Shown here: in pieces, positions 7,708-15,925 of the stretch
Numbering within the stretch: position 1 is the stretch's first letter
How the letters are laid out: each line of letters begins with the position of its first letter
IMG/VR virus record: IMGVR_UViG_3300037467_000723
Reading direction: 5' to 3' (one strand)
Length of the DNA: 64,000 nucleotides
From: a virus
Position numbers and translations under genes: made by a program
Notes under the pieces: model-generated
Told to the model about the DNA's origin: nothing
What the model saw: the letters and a program-made list of their open reading frames with translations, nothing else
The model's database searches: none

Positions 7708-7737
7708 TTGACGTGTTTACTTGTCGTCGAGTATAAT
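7708..7737 (+). promoter_or_regulatory. sigma-A-like promoter with operator in the spacer
   Basis: TTGACG-18-TATAAT; spacer TGTTTACTTGTCGTCGAG; a second half-site at 7684-7699. Confidence 0.55.
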
Positions 7738-7775
7738 GAAGACATTAGCAAATACATATAACGGAGGTTATCGAC

Positions 7776-8576
7776 ATGGAAACTAAAAAGGTTATCGGTT
7801 ATGTACGTGTATCAACGGAGGAACAAAAGAAGCATGGTGGCGGCCTGGAAGTACAGATCGCTGCCATTGAAAACTATTGTGCAGCCATGGGTTGGGAGTT
7901 ACTATACATCGTAAAGGAACCGGCTGAGTCCGGATCATCTATCGAGAAGCGTAAGAAGTTCATGAACATCTTAAACAGCCTTAAGGATCCTAATCGTGGC
8001 TTCGATGGTGTTATCTCTACTAAGCTAGATCGTTTTGCACGTAATCTGAAAGAGTTATTGATTATTCACGATGATATGTTCGAACCGAATAACTGTGCTC
8101 TAATCAGCATCAAAGACCAATTCGATACAAGCACGGCTCAAGGTCGTTTGTTCTTCCAGATCATCGGAGGCTTTGCCGAGTTCGAACGTTCTGTAATCAC
8201 TGAGCGTACTATGGACGGCATCACTCAAAAGGCCGAGCGTGGCCAGCATGCCTCTGGTCGAATCGCATTAGGTTACAAGTCAGTGATGGTTGACGGTAAG
8301 AAAACGTTAGAGGTAGATGATTCCGAAAAAGAAATCGTTGAGTTGATCTTCCGTCTCAAAGACCAGAACCACCTGTCATTCGGTAAGATCGCGGACTATC
8401 TGAACGACAACGGTTATAAGCCAAAGCGCTGGACTCCAGAAAAGCCGGTGCAGTTCCACAATAGTTCCGTCCAAGTCATCTATAAGAATCCAAAGTACAA
8501 AGGCATCTATACGTTTAATCGACGTGGCGAAGACCAAATCGTAGTTGAAAACGAAGCATTACGTATCTTATCCTAG
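7776..8576 (+). CDS. serine recombinase (resolvase/invertase-type N-terminus plus partial recombinase domain, 266 aa)
   Basis: GYVRVSTEEQ catalytic-serine motif; C-terminal VIYKNPKYKGIYTF recombinase-domain-like; no zinc-ribbon/coiled-coil extension. Confidence 0.8.
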   Translation: METKKVIGYVRVSTEEQKKHGGGLEVQIAAIENYCAAMGWELLYIVKEPAESGSSIEKRKKFMNILNSLKDPNRGFDGVISTKLDRFARNLKELLIIHDDMFEPNNCALISIKDQFDTSTAQGRLFFQIIGGFAEFERSVITERTMDGITQKAERGQHASGRIALGYKSVMVDGKKTLEVDDSEKEIVELIFRLKDQNHLSFGKIADYLNDNGYKPKRWTPEKPVQFHNSSVQVIYKNPKYKGIYTFNRRGEDQIVVENEALRILS

Positions 8577-8587
8577 GAGGAGTTTTA

Positions 8588-8953
8588 ATGAAAAAGTATG
8601 AAAATAGTCTGGATGGGTTTAAACAGTACTGTAAGAATAATCCGTTAATGTTTGCTGTTAAGCCTGTGCATTATGTTAAGAATGAAGAACCAACACTTTA
8701 TGGAGATGACTACTATATCGCTTTGTCTATAAACCCTAGAAGTAAAGAAAAATCGAAAAAACCAGTAGGCACTTTAGGCAGAATGGAAGGAAAAGTAGAT
8801 GTTATATTAAGAGTTTACGATAAGAAAAATAATACATTTAAGAAATTTGACGGAATTGAAGCCGGAATCTTTCATGCTTACTTTTCTGAAGAAATACACA
8901 AATTTGCAGTTGTCAATTTTCTCTTTATCGAAGATTTGTTTGAAATCAAATAA
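8588..8953 (+). CDS. hypothetical protein, AT-rich (121 aa)
   Basis: ORF with ribosome-binding site aggaggagttttaATG. Confidence 0.5.
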   Translation: MKKYENSLDGFKQYCKNNPLMFAVKPVHYVKNEEPTLYGDDYYIALSINPRSKEKSKKPVGTLGRMEGKVDVILRVYDKKNNTFKKFDGIEAGIFHAYFSEEIHKFAVVNFLFIEDLFEIK

Positions 8954-8957
8954 CGAT

Positions 8958-8997
8958 GATCCGTGTCCCCTACTCCGGGATGCGGATTTTTTTTTAT
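8958..8997 (+). terminator. rho-independent terminator
   Basis: 11-bp stem atccgtgtccc/gggatgcggat plus T9. Confidence 0.7.
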
Positions 8998-9002
8998 TTC
9001 TG

Positions 9003-9032
9003 CGTTACAAATCCCCAATTGGGCCGGACTGT
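9003..9032 (+). promoter_or_regulatory. phage-specific promoter-like motif, copy 1 (CGTTACAAA-N9-GGGCCGGACTGT)
   Basis: exact bipartite motif 34 nt upstream of the 9066 start, after a terminator. Confidence 0.6.
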
Positions 9033-9065
9033 CTATCAGAAACAAATATGTAAGGAGCGATAGTC

Positions 9066-9761
9066 ATGGTCGAATTAGAACAATCCACTGCAATTGAAGC
9101 AATTAACTCTGTAGGCAAAGAAGCTTGGTTCCTGTACTCAGGCCTCCGGTTTATGGCGATTGATTCCGTAGTGAACATCACACATGCGGAAATGGCCGAG
9201 CTACTGGGAGTGTCGTTGAAATTCGTACAGCGGCACATCAAGACTCTCCAGGACTTCAGAGTTGGTGATGAAACATTAGTCCGTGCAGTTCGCACAGCCG
9301 AAGGTTATTCCTATGAGGTTACTGCGATCAAAGTAAAGCGCGGCACCACTCCTTTATTGAAACCCAAAAAGAAACAAACCAAGGTCTCCCCTACTAACGA
9401 GTTGTTCGATTACTGGTTGCAGAAGTATCACGATGCTTATGGTGCTCCGTACCAAGTCACTAACTTCGGTAAGGAAAAAGGCCATGTCCGTACCCTAGCG
9501 TCACGTTACGGTGCTGACGTCGAGATGATTAAAGCAATCATGGATGTTGTCATTCGCCTATATCCGACCAAATGGAAGACTGCACAGTTCGCACGTCCTA
9601 CCTTGGGTGCGTTAGTGTCGTGGTTGGCAGCTCAAGCAGAACCGATGGCACGAGCTAACCTGGAAGCGGCCAACGATGCAGATGTTGTGATCACGAGTGA
9701 AGACGGCGAGGATGTATTCGCGGCTTACGATAAGCATTGGAACATTGGAGGGATTGAGTAA
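9066..9761 (+). CDS. putative helix-turn-helix replication/DNA-binding protein (231 aa)
   Basis: N-terminal helix-turn-helix AEMAELLGVSLKFVQRHIKTL; position immediately upstream of the helicase-loader/helicase genes. Confidence 0.45.
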   Translation: MVELEQSTAIEAINSVGKEAWFLYSGLRFMAIDSVVNITHAEMAELLGVSLKFVQRHIKTLQDFRVGDETLVRAVRTAEGYSYEVTAIKVKRGTTPLLKPKKKQTKVSPTNELFDYWLQKYHDAYGAPYQVTNFGKEKGHVRTLASRYGADVEMIKAIMDVVIRLYPTKWKTAQFARPTLGALVSWLAAQAEPMARANLEAANDADVVITSEDGEDVFAAYDKHWNIGGIE

Positions 9762-10084
9762 TGAAGGCACCAGTATTAGTACCGAAAAATGTAGCAGAGG
9801 CATTAGAACACATGCTGAAAATACACGATACGAAATCAGCAACATTAAAAGCCATTCAGCAAAATGGTGATATTGGCAAAAATAGCACGTTGATTTACCA
9901 ACACTTCAATCGTGATATGGAACAGGTATTTGATGCACTGGCTTACGGTTATATTGTCGAGATGACTCCTGAGGAAAAGCTCCGTGAGTACTATAGCTCC
10001 CCTAGTACGAAGCTCTACGAACAGGCGGTTATGCGTACCACACTGACCATTATGGGTCTCAAAGTCGAAGGAGTGAATGCGTAA
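9761..10084 (+). CDS. hypothetical protein (107 aa)
   Basis: ORF, ATGA-coupled. Confidence 0.5.
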   Translation: MKAPVLVPKNVAEALEHMLKIHDTKSATLKAIQQNGDIGKNSTLIYQHFNRDMEQVFDALAYGYIVEMTPEEKLREYYSSPSTKLYEQAVMRTTLTIMGLKVEGVNA

Positions 10085-10278
10085 TGAACGAAACTACTAA
10101 ACGTCTAAAGCAAATCAAAGCCAACTGTAAACGTGGTCGCATGTCCTTTGAAGATATGGATTGGTTGATTGGTGAGTTGGAATTGTTAGATGCAATGACC
10201 ACATTACAGAGTCATGTAATTGAAAGTGCCAATAAACGCATCAAGGAGTTGGAGTCTGATGGACGAAAAGATCGCTAA
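10084..10278 (+). CDS. hypothetical coiled-coil protein (64 aa)
   Basis: ORF, coupled. Confidence 0.4.
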   Translation: MNETTKRLKQIKANCKRGRMSFEDMDWLIGELELLDAMTTLQSHVIESANKRIKELESDGRKDR

Positions 10279-10960
10279 GGTCTGCCCAGCACGGCACACT
10301 TGCAAGCAGCATAACATCCTTTGCGGCAGTGGCTGTCCCCTGTTCGTTGAGTTACGGTATCAAACCGAACTCTCCGGGATCCCGAGGCGGCACCGTAAGT
10401 TCACGATAGAGTCCTTACCGGAAGATACAATTCGACTTGCGGCACTAAAGACATATAACGAAAACATCATTCAACGTGTTAAAGCCGGTCAAGGGCTGTA
10501 TCTACACGGCAACACGGGATCCGGTAAGACCACTGCCCTTGCGGCCCTGGCTATGAGCTACATCGTTGAGGCCTCCAAAACAGCGTTACGAACCGGTCAA
10601 CGTTCAGTTCAGATGGTTCTGTTCCTAAACGTCCCTGAGTTACTGGCTGGGTTGAAACGTGGGTTTGACGATCCAGCCGAGCAGATCATTTGGGCGTCAA
10701 AGTTATCCCTAGCACGTAGGGTTCCCCTATTAATTCTCGATGACATCGGTGCAGAAAAGCCGACAGAGTGGGCCCGGGAACGCCTAACAGAGATTATCGG
10801 AGCTAGGTATGATAACGAACGCACTACCCTAATTAGCAGTAATTTAACCTTACCGGAGCTCAAAGAGCACATCGACCCTATAGGGCGCATCACGAGTCGG
10901 ATCAGCGGCATGACGATCCCGATGGAGTACAAAGGTAAGGATCGGAGGAAGCCTATATGA
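10258..10960 (+). CDS. DnaC/IstB-like AAA+ helicase loader
   Basis: Walker A HGNTGSGKTT; Walker B LLILDDIGAEK; N-terminal Cys cluster; start chosen at MDEKIAKV with ribosome-binding site aaggagttggagtctg. Confidence 0.7.
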
Positions 10961-12231
10961 TTGAGTTACTACTATTAAATGCCTTGATTGCCACTCGTGA
11001 TTATCACGCCTTACAACGACATGCTTTGAACTCGCCTTACCATTTCCAGGAGCAACGTGCGGCGTACGATTTCATTATCGACCATCTAGAAAAATACAGT
11101 GAGCTCCCCTCTCTGGAAAGTGTCGTTGCTGCATGCGATGACTTCGAGGCCATGGAAGTTACGGAGTCCATCGATACACTGTGTATGAAGCTGGCAGAGC
11201 GTAACCTAAAGATAGAACAAAAGGACACTTTGAAAAAGTTGGCGGCACTGTTCGGTGAGAAAGATGGTTACGAGATCCAGGACGAATTTAAGAAGCATAT
11301 GGAGCGCCTCGAGAAGAAAGCATCAGCACGAACCAAGAACGGATCCAACTGGGCTGTCAATGGGGATGACCGTGAGGCCGAGTACAAGCGTCGACAGTCG
11401 CAAGATTTCAGTGTCAAGATCCCCTTCTTCTTTGACGAGTTTACGCAAGCAACCGGTGGTGCCGAGCGCGGCGATGTGTGCGCGATCATGGCGTCAACAT
11501 CAATGGGAAAATCGTGGCTAGGTTTGAAACAAGGATTAGTCGCGCATAAGGCTGGCTTTAAGGTGCTCGTTGAGTCCGGTGAGATGTCTAAGCCAGAGAA
11601 CGAATTCCGATTAGATACGCTCGATGCTGGCTTCTCTAATAAAGGGCTATGGACAGGTGAACTTGATGACGAGCACGACTACTTACAGTATCTGAAACAG
11701 TTCAGTAAGGGCAACGGTAAGGCCGACCTAATTATTAAGACGGCACAGGATTGGCCGAAAGGATTAACGCTCGAGCAGATCCAGTACGATGCTGAACAGA
11801 GCAAGGCTGACGTCATTGTCATTGACCAATTCTCGTTACTACGATTCAAGTCGGGATCCAAGGAAGATAAAACCACCTTCTCTCGTCAGCTAAAACAATT
11901 GGCAGCCAAATTAGGCGTAGTGATCGTGCTGCTGTACCAGACAAACGGTGCTTACCTTAAGAAAATTAAAGAAGACGATGAAGGCATTACCGAGCTCGTA
12001 CTGCCGACCTTAGACGACTATTCAGAATCCATCGCAGTGATCCAGGACTCCTCCTTCGTATTCGGTTGGGCCAGTGTCACCTGGAAAGATGAAAAGACAG
12101 GACGACGTCGCGGTAAGGGCATCGCCGGTATCCTTAAGGCGCGGTACGGAGGTGCTGGCACGGAATGTGATGTTGAGTTCTGCCCTAACGATGGCATCAT
12201 AAGGCCACGTCAAGCAACGGATATCTTCTAG
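10957..12231 (+). CDS. DnaB-like replicative helicase (424 aa)
   Basis: RecA-fold Walker A ASTSMGKSWLGL; DnaB-like N-terminal domain; operon context. Confidence 0.7.
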   Translation: MIELLLLNALIATRDYHALQRHALNSPYHFQEQRAAYDFIIDHLEKYSELPSLESVVAACDDFEAMEVTESIDTLCMKLAERNLKIEQKDTLKKLAALFGEKDGYEIQDEFKKHMERLEKKASARTKNGSNWAVNGDDREAEYKRRQSQDFSVKIPFFFDEFTQATGGAERGDVCAIMASTSMGKSWLGLKQGLVAHKAGFKVLVESGEMSKPENEFRLDTLDAGFSNKGLWTGELDDEHDYLQYLKQFSKGNGKADLIIKTAQDWPKGLTLEQIQYDAEQSKADVIVIDQFSLLRFKSGSKEDKTTFSRQLKQLAAKLGVVIVLLYQTNGAYLKKIKEDDEGITELVLPTLDDYSESIAVIQDSSFVFGWASVTWKDEKTGRRRGKGIAGILKARYGGAGTECDVEFCPNDGIIRPRQATDIF

Positions 12232-12271
12232 ACGGCCTTGACACAAAAGACGACGCACAGGGAGTGATTAA

Positions 12272-12571
12272 ATGCAGAATTGGCACGTTCTCAAAAAGGA
12301 TGAATACGGCAATAAGTACGATATAAGGATTCTCTTTAGAGACAACAAATTATTGATTGACGATGTAGGTTATATTCCAAAAGGTAAAAGAAAACCACAG
12401 TTTTTAGGCGCGAAATTAACTGATGATTATGGTTGGAGAGTGTTAGCGTGGGAAGGTAGGCGAGAAGCGGTAAAGAAAGAAATATTGAAAGTAGTACCTA
12501 AACACCTGCTTTTAGAAGCGCTGACCGAAACATGGACACAGTTACAACCAACTGAAATCGAATTTAACTAG
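12272..12571 (+). CDS. hypothetical protein (99 aa)
   Basis: ORF with ribosome-binding site. Confidence 0.5.
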   Translation: MQNWHVLKKDEYGNKYDIRILFRDNKLLIDDVGYIPKGKRKPQFLGAKLTDDYGWRVLAWEGRREAVKKEILKVVPKHLLLEALTETWTQLQPTEIEFN

Positions 12572-12606
12572 TGTCGTCTTACGACTAAATTATGCAGGAG
12601 GATTCT

Positions 12607-12762
12607 ATGGAACAGTTAGTGTTTATCGTAATTATCGGAGTTATTCTTATGGTCGTTGGTATATTTGTACTTGGGTTTTTGGTAGCGAAATTCGGAATTA
12701 TGGTGCTCGTATTCGCACTGGCCTTCATCGGCTTAGTGGTGGTACTAGCGACTCTACTATAA
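12607..12762 (+). CDS. small membrane protein (51 aa)
   Basis: ribosome-binding site gcaggaggattctATG; almost entirely hydrophobic (two transmembrane helices). Confidence 0.35.
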   Translation: MEQLVFIVIIGVILMVVGIFVLGFLVAKFGIMVLVFALAFIGLVVVLATLL

Positions 12763-12829
12763 GAGTTAAACGAGGCGATCCGATAAGGGTCGTCTTTGAC
12801 CCAAAGTGTGTCGGAAAGGAGGAAGTAAA

Positions 12830-13018
12830 TTGAGATTCAGATTAGGTGACATTGTTCGGTTTAAGCCTGAAAAAGAAATATTAGGACTACACGAAGTTAC
12901 AGGAATTGGTGAAGGTAGTGAAGTCACACTAACCTTTGATGAATGTAATTCCGAATTTTATGCGGATGAAAATGATTTAATATTAGTTTGTCCTGAGTAC
13001 GAAAGAAGAGATGTCTAG
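12830..13018 (+). CDS. hypothetical protein (62 aa, TTG start)
   Basis: ribosome-binding site aaggaggaagtaaaTTG. Confidence 0.4.
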   Translation: MRFRLGDIVRFKPEKEILGLHEVTGIGEGSEVTLTFDECNSEFYADENDLILVCPEYERRDV

Positions 13019-13040
13019 TTCACACTACGATGATAAGGCG

Positions 13041-13068
13041 TCCCTTCGTCAAGGGTCGTCTTTTTTCG
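13041..13068 (+). terminator. rho-independent terminator
   Basis: cccttcgtcaaggg hairpin plus T6. Confidence 0.5.
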
Positions 13069-13074
13069 TGTCTC

Positions 13075-13205
13075 CCCTCCCCTATTCGATATCGAAAAAT
13101 GTTTAAAAAATGTTTAGAGAATGTATGGACATTCATTTGGGCGTTATGCTATATTGGTAACACAGGAAACATTTTCTATACAGTGTTTAAACATTCATTT
13201 GATAA
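13075..13205 (+). repeat. parC-like centromere candidate (repeated ATGTTTAAA / ACATTCATTTG motifs flanking the parM promoter)
   Basis: aaaatgtttaaaaaatgtttaga ... acattcatttg ... aaacattttc ... gtgtttaaacattcatttg; extended -10 TGcTATATT at 13157-13165. Confidence 0.45.
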
Positions 13206-13220
13206 TTGGAGGAGAAACTA

Positions 13221-14252
13221 ATGACAAACGTAAGCAAAAGAGCAGCTGTAACAGTGGGTAAGGAGAAGAAAGCAACATCATTATACGCAATCGACCTGGG
13301 GAACGGCTTCACTAAAAGGGTATTCGATGGCAGTGACGTCATCGTCGAGCCAAGCGTATTTTCCGAGGTTCCACGAATCAACAATTCAGATCGTAACTAT
13401 TTTACTCTTGATAATAAGCTTCAATATTTTGTCGGGCAAGATGTATTCGACCTAAATTTAGATCCGGAAGTTGCAGTCAACGACAGGGAACGGTACTTCA
13501 CGGATGAGTACAAACAGATGCTGCTGGGATTCATCGCAAAGGACTTTGGTACATTCGATATAATCGAGATTCCGGTTCTAGTGCTGGGCGTACCGAACAC
13601 AGATCACGAAGCAATCGGACCACAGCTTGAGGATTTCTATAGAGGAAAGTCCATCATCAAGATCGATGGGCATCACCAGTTAACTATCGATATCAAGCTT
13701 TGCATCGTACTTCCACAGCCACTCGGGACTTATGCTTATGCCGTTGCTAACGGAATCGTTGAAGAGTGGGGAGACAACGTACTAGTGTGTGATGCTGGTA
13801 CGGGATCCTTCGATGTGGCGTCAATCACAGGTGACCTAATCAAACGTGACGAAGGTTTAACTCTCGGAGCCCTGGATGCGTATATGGAAATTCGTAAGTA
13901 TCTGATTAGACAGCACGGCAATTTATCGGCAATCACTGTAGAGAACATGCCTAACATCTTAGCTAACGGTGTTCGAAAAGACGGTGCTGCCACGGTTATT
14001 AACGATGATCCGAGGGTTATCGAAATCCTAGACAAGAACTTCAATGAGATGTACAAATTCGTCAAGCAAGCTAAGTTCGATTTCGACGCCCATACTACTG
14101 TACTATGGACGGGAGGAACATCTCTATTGCACCAGGAACGCATCGAGGCTAAGAAGAAGAATACATTCGTTGTCCTGGCTGAAGCACAAACGGCCAACGT
14201 TCTAGGCTTCTATGCTATCGCCAAGGATATTGCTGAAGAGGAGAATTTATGA
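13221..14252 (+). CDS. actin-like ATPase of the ParM/Alp family (344 aa)
   Basis: phosphate-1 motif AIDLGNGFTKRV; DAGTGSFD (phosphate-2/adenosine-like); ribosome-binding site ggaggagaaactaATG. Confidence 0.65.
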   Translation: MTNVSKRAAVTVGKEKKATSLYAIDLGNGFTKRVFDGSDVIVEPSVFSEVPRINNSDRNYFTLDNKLQYFVGQDVFDLNLDPEVAVNDRERYFTDEYKQMLLGFIAKDFGTFDIIEIPVLVLGVPNTDHEAIGPQLEDFYRGKSIIKIDGHHQLTIDIKLCIVLPQPLGTYAYAVANGIVEEWGDNVLVCDAGTGSFDVASITGDLIKRDEGLTLGALDAYMEIRKYLIRQHGNLSAITVENMPNILANGVRKDGAATVINDDPRVIEILDKNFNEMYKFVKQAKFDFDAHTTVLWTGGTSLLHQERIEAKKKNTFVVLAEAQTANVLGFYAIAKDIAEEENL

Positions 14253-14596
14253 TGGAGCAAAAGAAGTTTCAGATGTACGTGAATCCGGAAACGGATCCCA
14301 AGCTATACAGCTTCATCGAGTCTATCGAGAAGGGTGCTCCGTCCAAGAAGGGTTATGTAGTTGACCAGATCAAAGAGATCTTACGTGCTTGGTCAGGACT
14401 AGTCGATATCTACGGAGAGAGGGACGTCCTTACCCTCGCTCTCCACCTTGCGGCCGGCAACCCACCAAAACCACCGGAAACGGTACCACTGGTAGTGGGG
14501 GAGAGGGAAGATGTTAAGTCCGAAAGAGGGACGTCTTTGCCGAAAGGAATCGGAGGAAAGTTTGCACAGAATCGGTTTAATCGTGATATAAAATAA
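14249..14596 (+). CDS. putative ParR-like adaptor (115 aa)
   Basis: small ATGA-coupled gene downstream of the ParM-like gene; no sequence-level proof. Confidence 0.35.
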   Translation: MMEQKKFQMYVNPETDPKLYSFIESIEKGAPSKKGYVVDQIKEILRAWSGLVDIYGERDVLTLALHLAAGNPPKPPETVPLVVGEREDVKSERGTSLPKGIGGKFAQNRFNRDIK

Positions 14597-14634
14597 AAAA
14601 GCGACTCCATTGTGGGGTCGCCTTTCTTTTTATC
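14596..14634. terminator. bidirectional terminator
   Basis: aaaaaa-gcgac-tccattgtgggg-tcgc-ctttcttttt between convergent genes. Confidence 0.6.
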
Positions 14635-15145
14635 TGTGATATACTCCATAACCACCGTGGCCATCTGGCAGTATGACATTTGAGTCCAACAATATATTAA
14701 ATACCAGGATACCGACTACAAGAAGCAAGATAATCGAACCTGTAATTCGGATTCGTCGACTGTCGATGAACTTAAGTCTTTTTATCGGTAAAAACTTTAT
14801 TAGCATTGCGTATATCCACATCACAAACCCTGTAATAAACGACAATCTACCGGCTTCATACTGTGGTACGGTAACAAATAGTTTAGTGCGTTCATTCTTC
14901 TTAAGTTTGGTTACATGAATCTCCTCTGCGTCTGGATCCGGTACCATGCGTGTATCCTTTAGTACATAAACCATGATCGCCATACCGATAATAATACCTA
15001 GAAGAACGGCCGAGACGTCAGTAGCTGTGTTCTTGATGATAACTGCCGTGTGATAATCGAAATTTCTCAGCAACCAGTTTAATACATCAACAATTGGCCC
15101 ATCATTGTTTACTTTATAATGACCTTCAAAATGCTTGGGGTTCAT
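14630..15145 (-). CDS. multi-pass membrane protein (171 aa); candidate superinfection-exclusion/RexB-like function
   Basis: 3-4 predicted transmembrane helices; co-oriented downstream of the CI-like repressor. Confidence 0.5.
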   Translation of the reverse strand: MNPKHFEGHYKVNNDGPIVDVLNWLLRNFDYHTAVIIKNTATDVSAVLLGIIIGMAIMVYVLKDTRMVPDPDAEEIHVTKLKKNERTKLFVTVPQYEAGRLSFITGFVMWIYAMLIKFLPIKRLKFIDSRRIRITGSIILLLVVGILVFNILLDSNVILPDGHGGYGVYHR

Positions 15146-15168
15146 ATGTCAACTCCTAAGATGGAAGA

Positions 15169-15606
15169 TTAGTCTGGAAAGTTTTTGTATAGCTTGTACA
15201 TCTGGTCAAATAGCTTTTGTTTCTTTTCATCTGTAAGCTTTTTATCACGTTTGATTTCTACTAATAGATCCTGGAGACTATTTGCTTCATCAAGTTGCTC
15301 TCGCGCCAACAAGGGAACCCGACCAAGCAGTTCAAACAAGCAGGTTTCGTCTATTTCATAGTAATCCGATATCTGACGTATGAAATGGTCACTCATTGAT
15401 TTTACACCCTGTTCGATATTTGACAAGTAGGCAGCAGAAACTCCCAATTTTTTACCTAAGTCAGCTAATGATAAGTCGTTGTCCGTCCTAAGTTGCTTCA
15501 AATAGGCCCCGGCTCTTAACTGCCCCATTAGCTTCTCTTGTTGGTTGTGCATGTCAGCGTCAATTTTTTCTATATCAATACTTTTTTTCCCCTGTGACAG
15601 TTTCAC
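15169..15606 (-). CDS. CI-like XRE-family repressor (145 aa)
   Basis: helix-turn-helix LSLADLGKKLGVSAAYLSNIEQG; divergent from the replication genes; palindromic operators in the upstream intergenic region. Confidence 0.65.
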   Translation of the reverse strand: MKLSQGKKSIDIEKIDADMHNQQEKLMGQLRAGAYLKQLRTDNDLSLADLGKKLGVSAAYLSNIEQGVKSMSDHFIRQISDYYEIDETCLFELLGRVPLLAREQLDEANSLQDLLVEIKRDKKLTDEKKQKLFDQMYKLYKNFPD

Positions 15607-15640
15607 CAGCTCCTCTCTAAGAACTATGTACGAATTTTTA

Positions 15641-15800
15641 TTATAACATTATTATAACATAACTTCTTAACCTTGTGGTTAATGGCAAAAATTGCATCTA
15701 ATATTACTCGCGGTTGTTATTGCTATGTAACATTTGTAATTATATAATAATATAGTTCCAACACGTTAACCACTTGGTTAACATGGTTACGTTAGCGGAT
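15641..15800. promoter_or_regulatory. divergent promoter/operator region
   Basis: direct repeat ttattataaca x2; palindromes TTAACCttgtGGTTAA (15667-15682) and GTTAACCacttGGTTAAC (15765-15782); AT-rich with TTGCAT/TATAAT-like hexamers. Confidence 0.5.
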
Positions 15801-15873
15801 TAAAGTATAATTATCATTGATTTTGCGAACGGTTGTTCGTATAATTAAGAAAGAAAATATTTTTTGAAAATCG

Positions 15874-15903
15874 CGTTACAAACCTCGAAATGGGCCGGAC
15901 TGT
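15874..15903 (+). promoter_or_regulatory. phage-specific promoter-like motif, copy 2
   Basis: CGTTACAAA-cctcgaaat-GGGCCGGACTGT, 23 nt upstream of the primase GTG. Confidence 0.6.
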
Positions 15904-15925
15904 TATGGCGAAGGGGTGAAGTGAC

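Noticed and set aside
13736-14197. 153-aa minus-strand ORF inside the ParM-like gene
   Set aside because: It is antisense to a gene with clear actin-fold motifs and has Ser/Arg-rich low-complexity translation.
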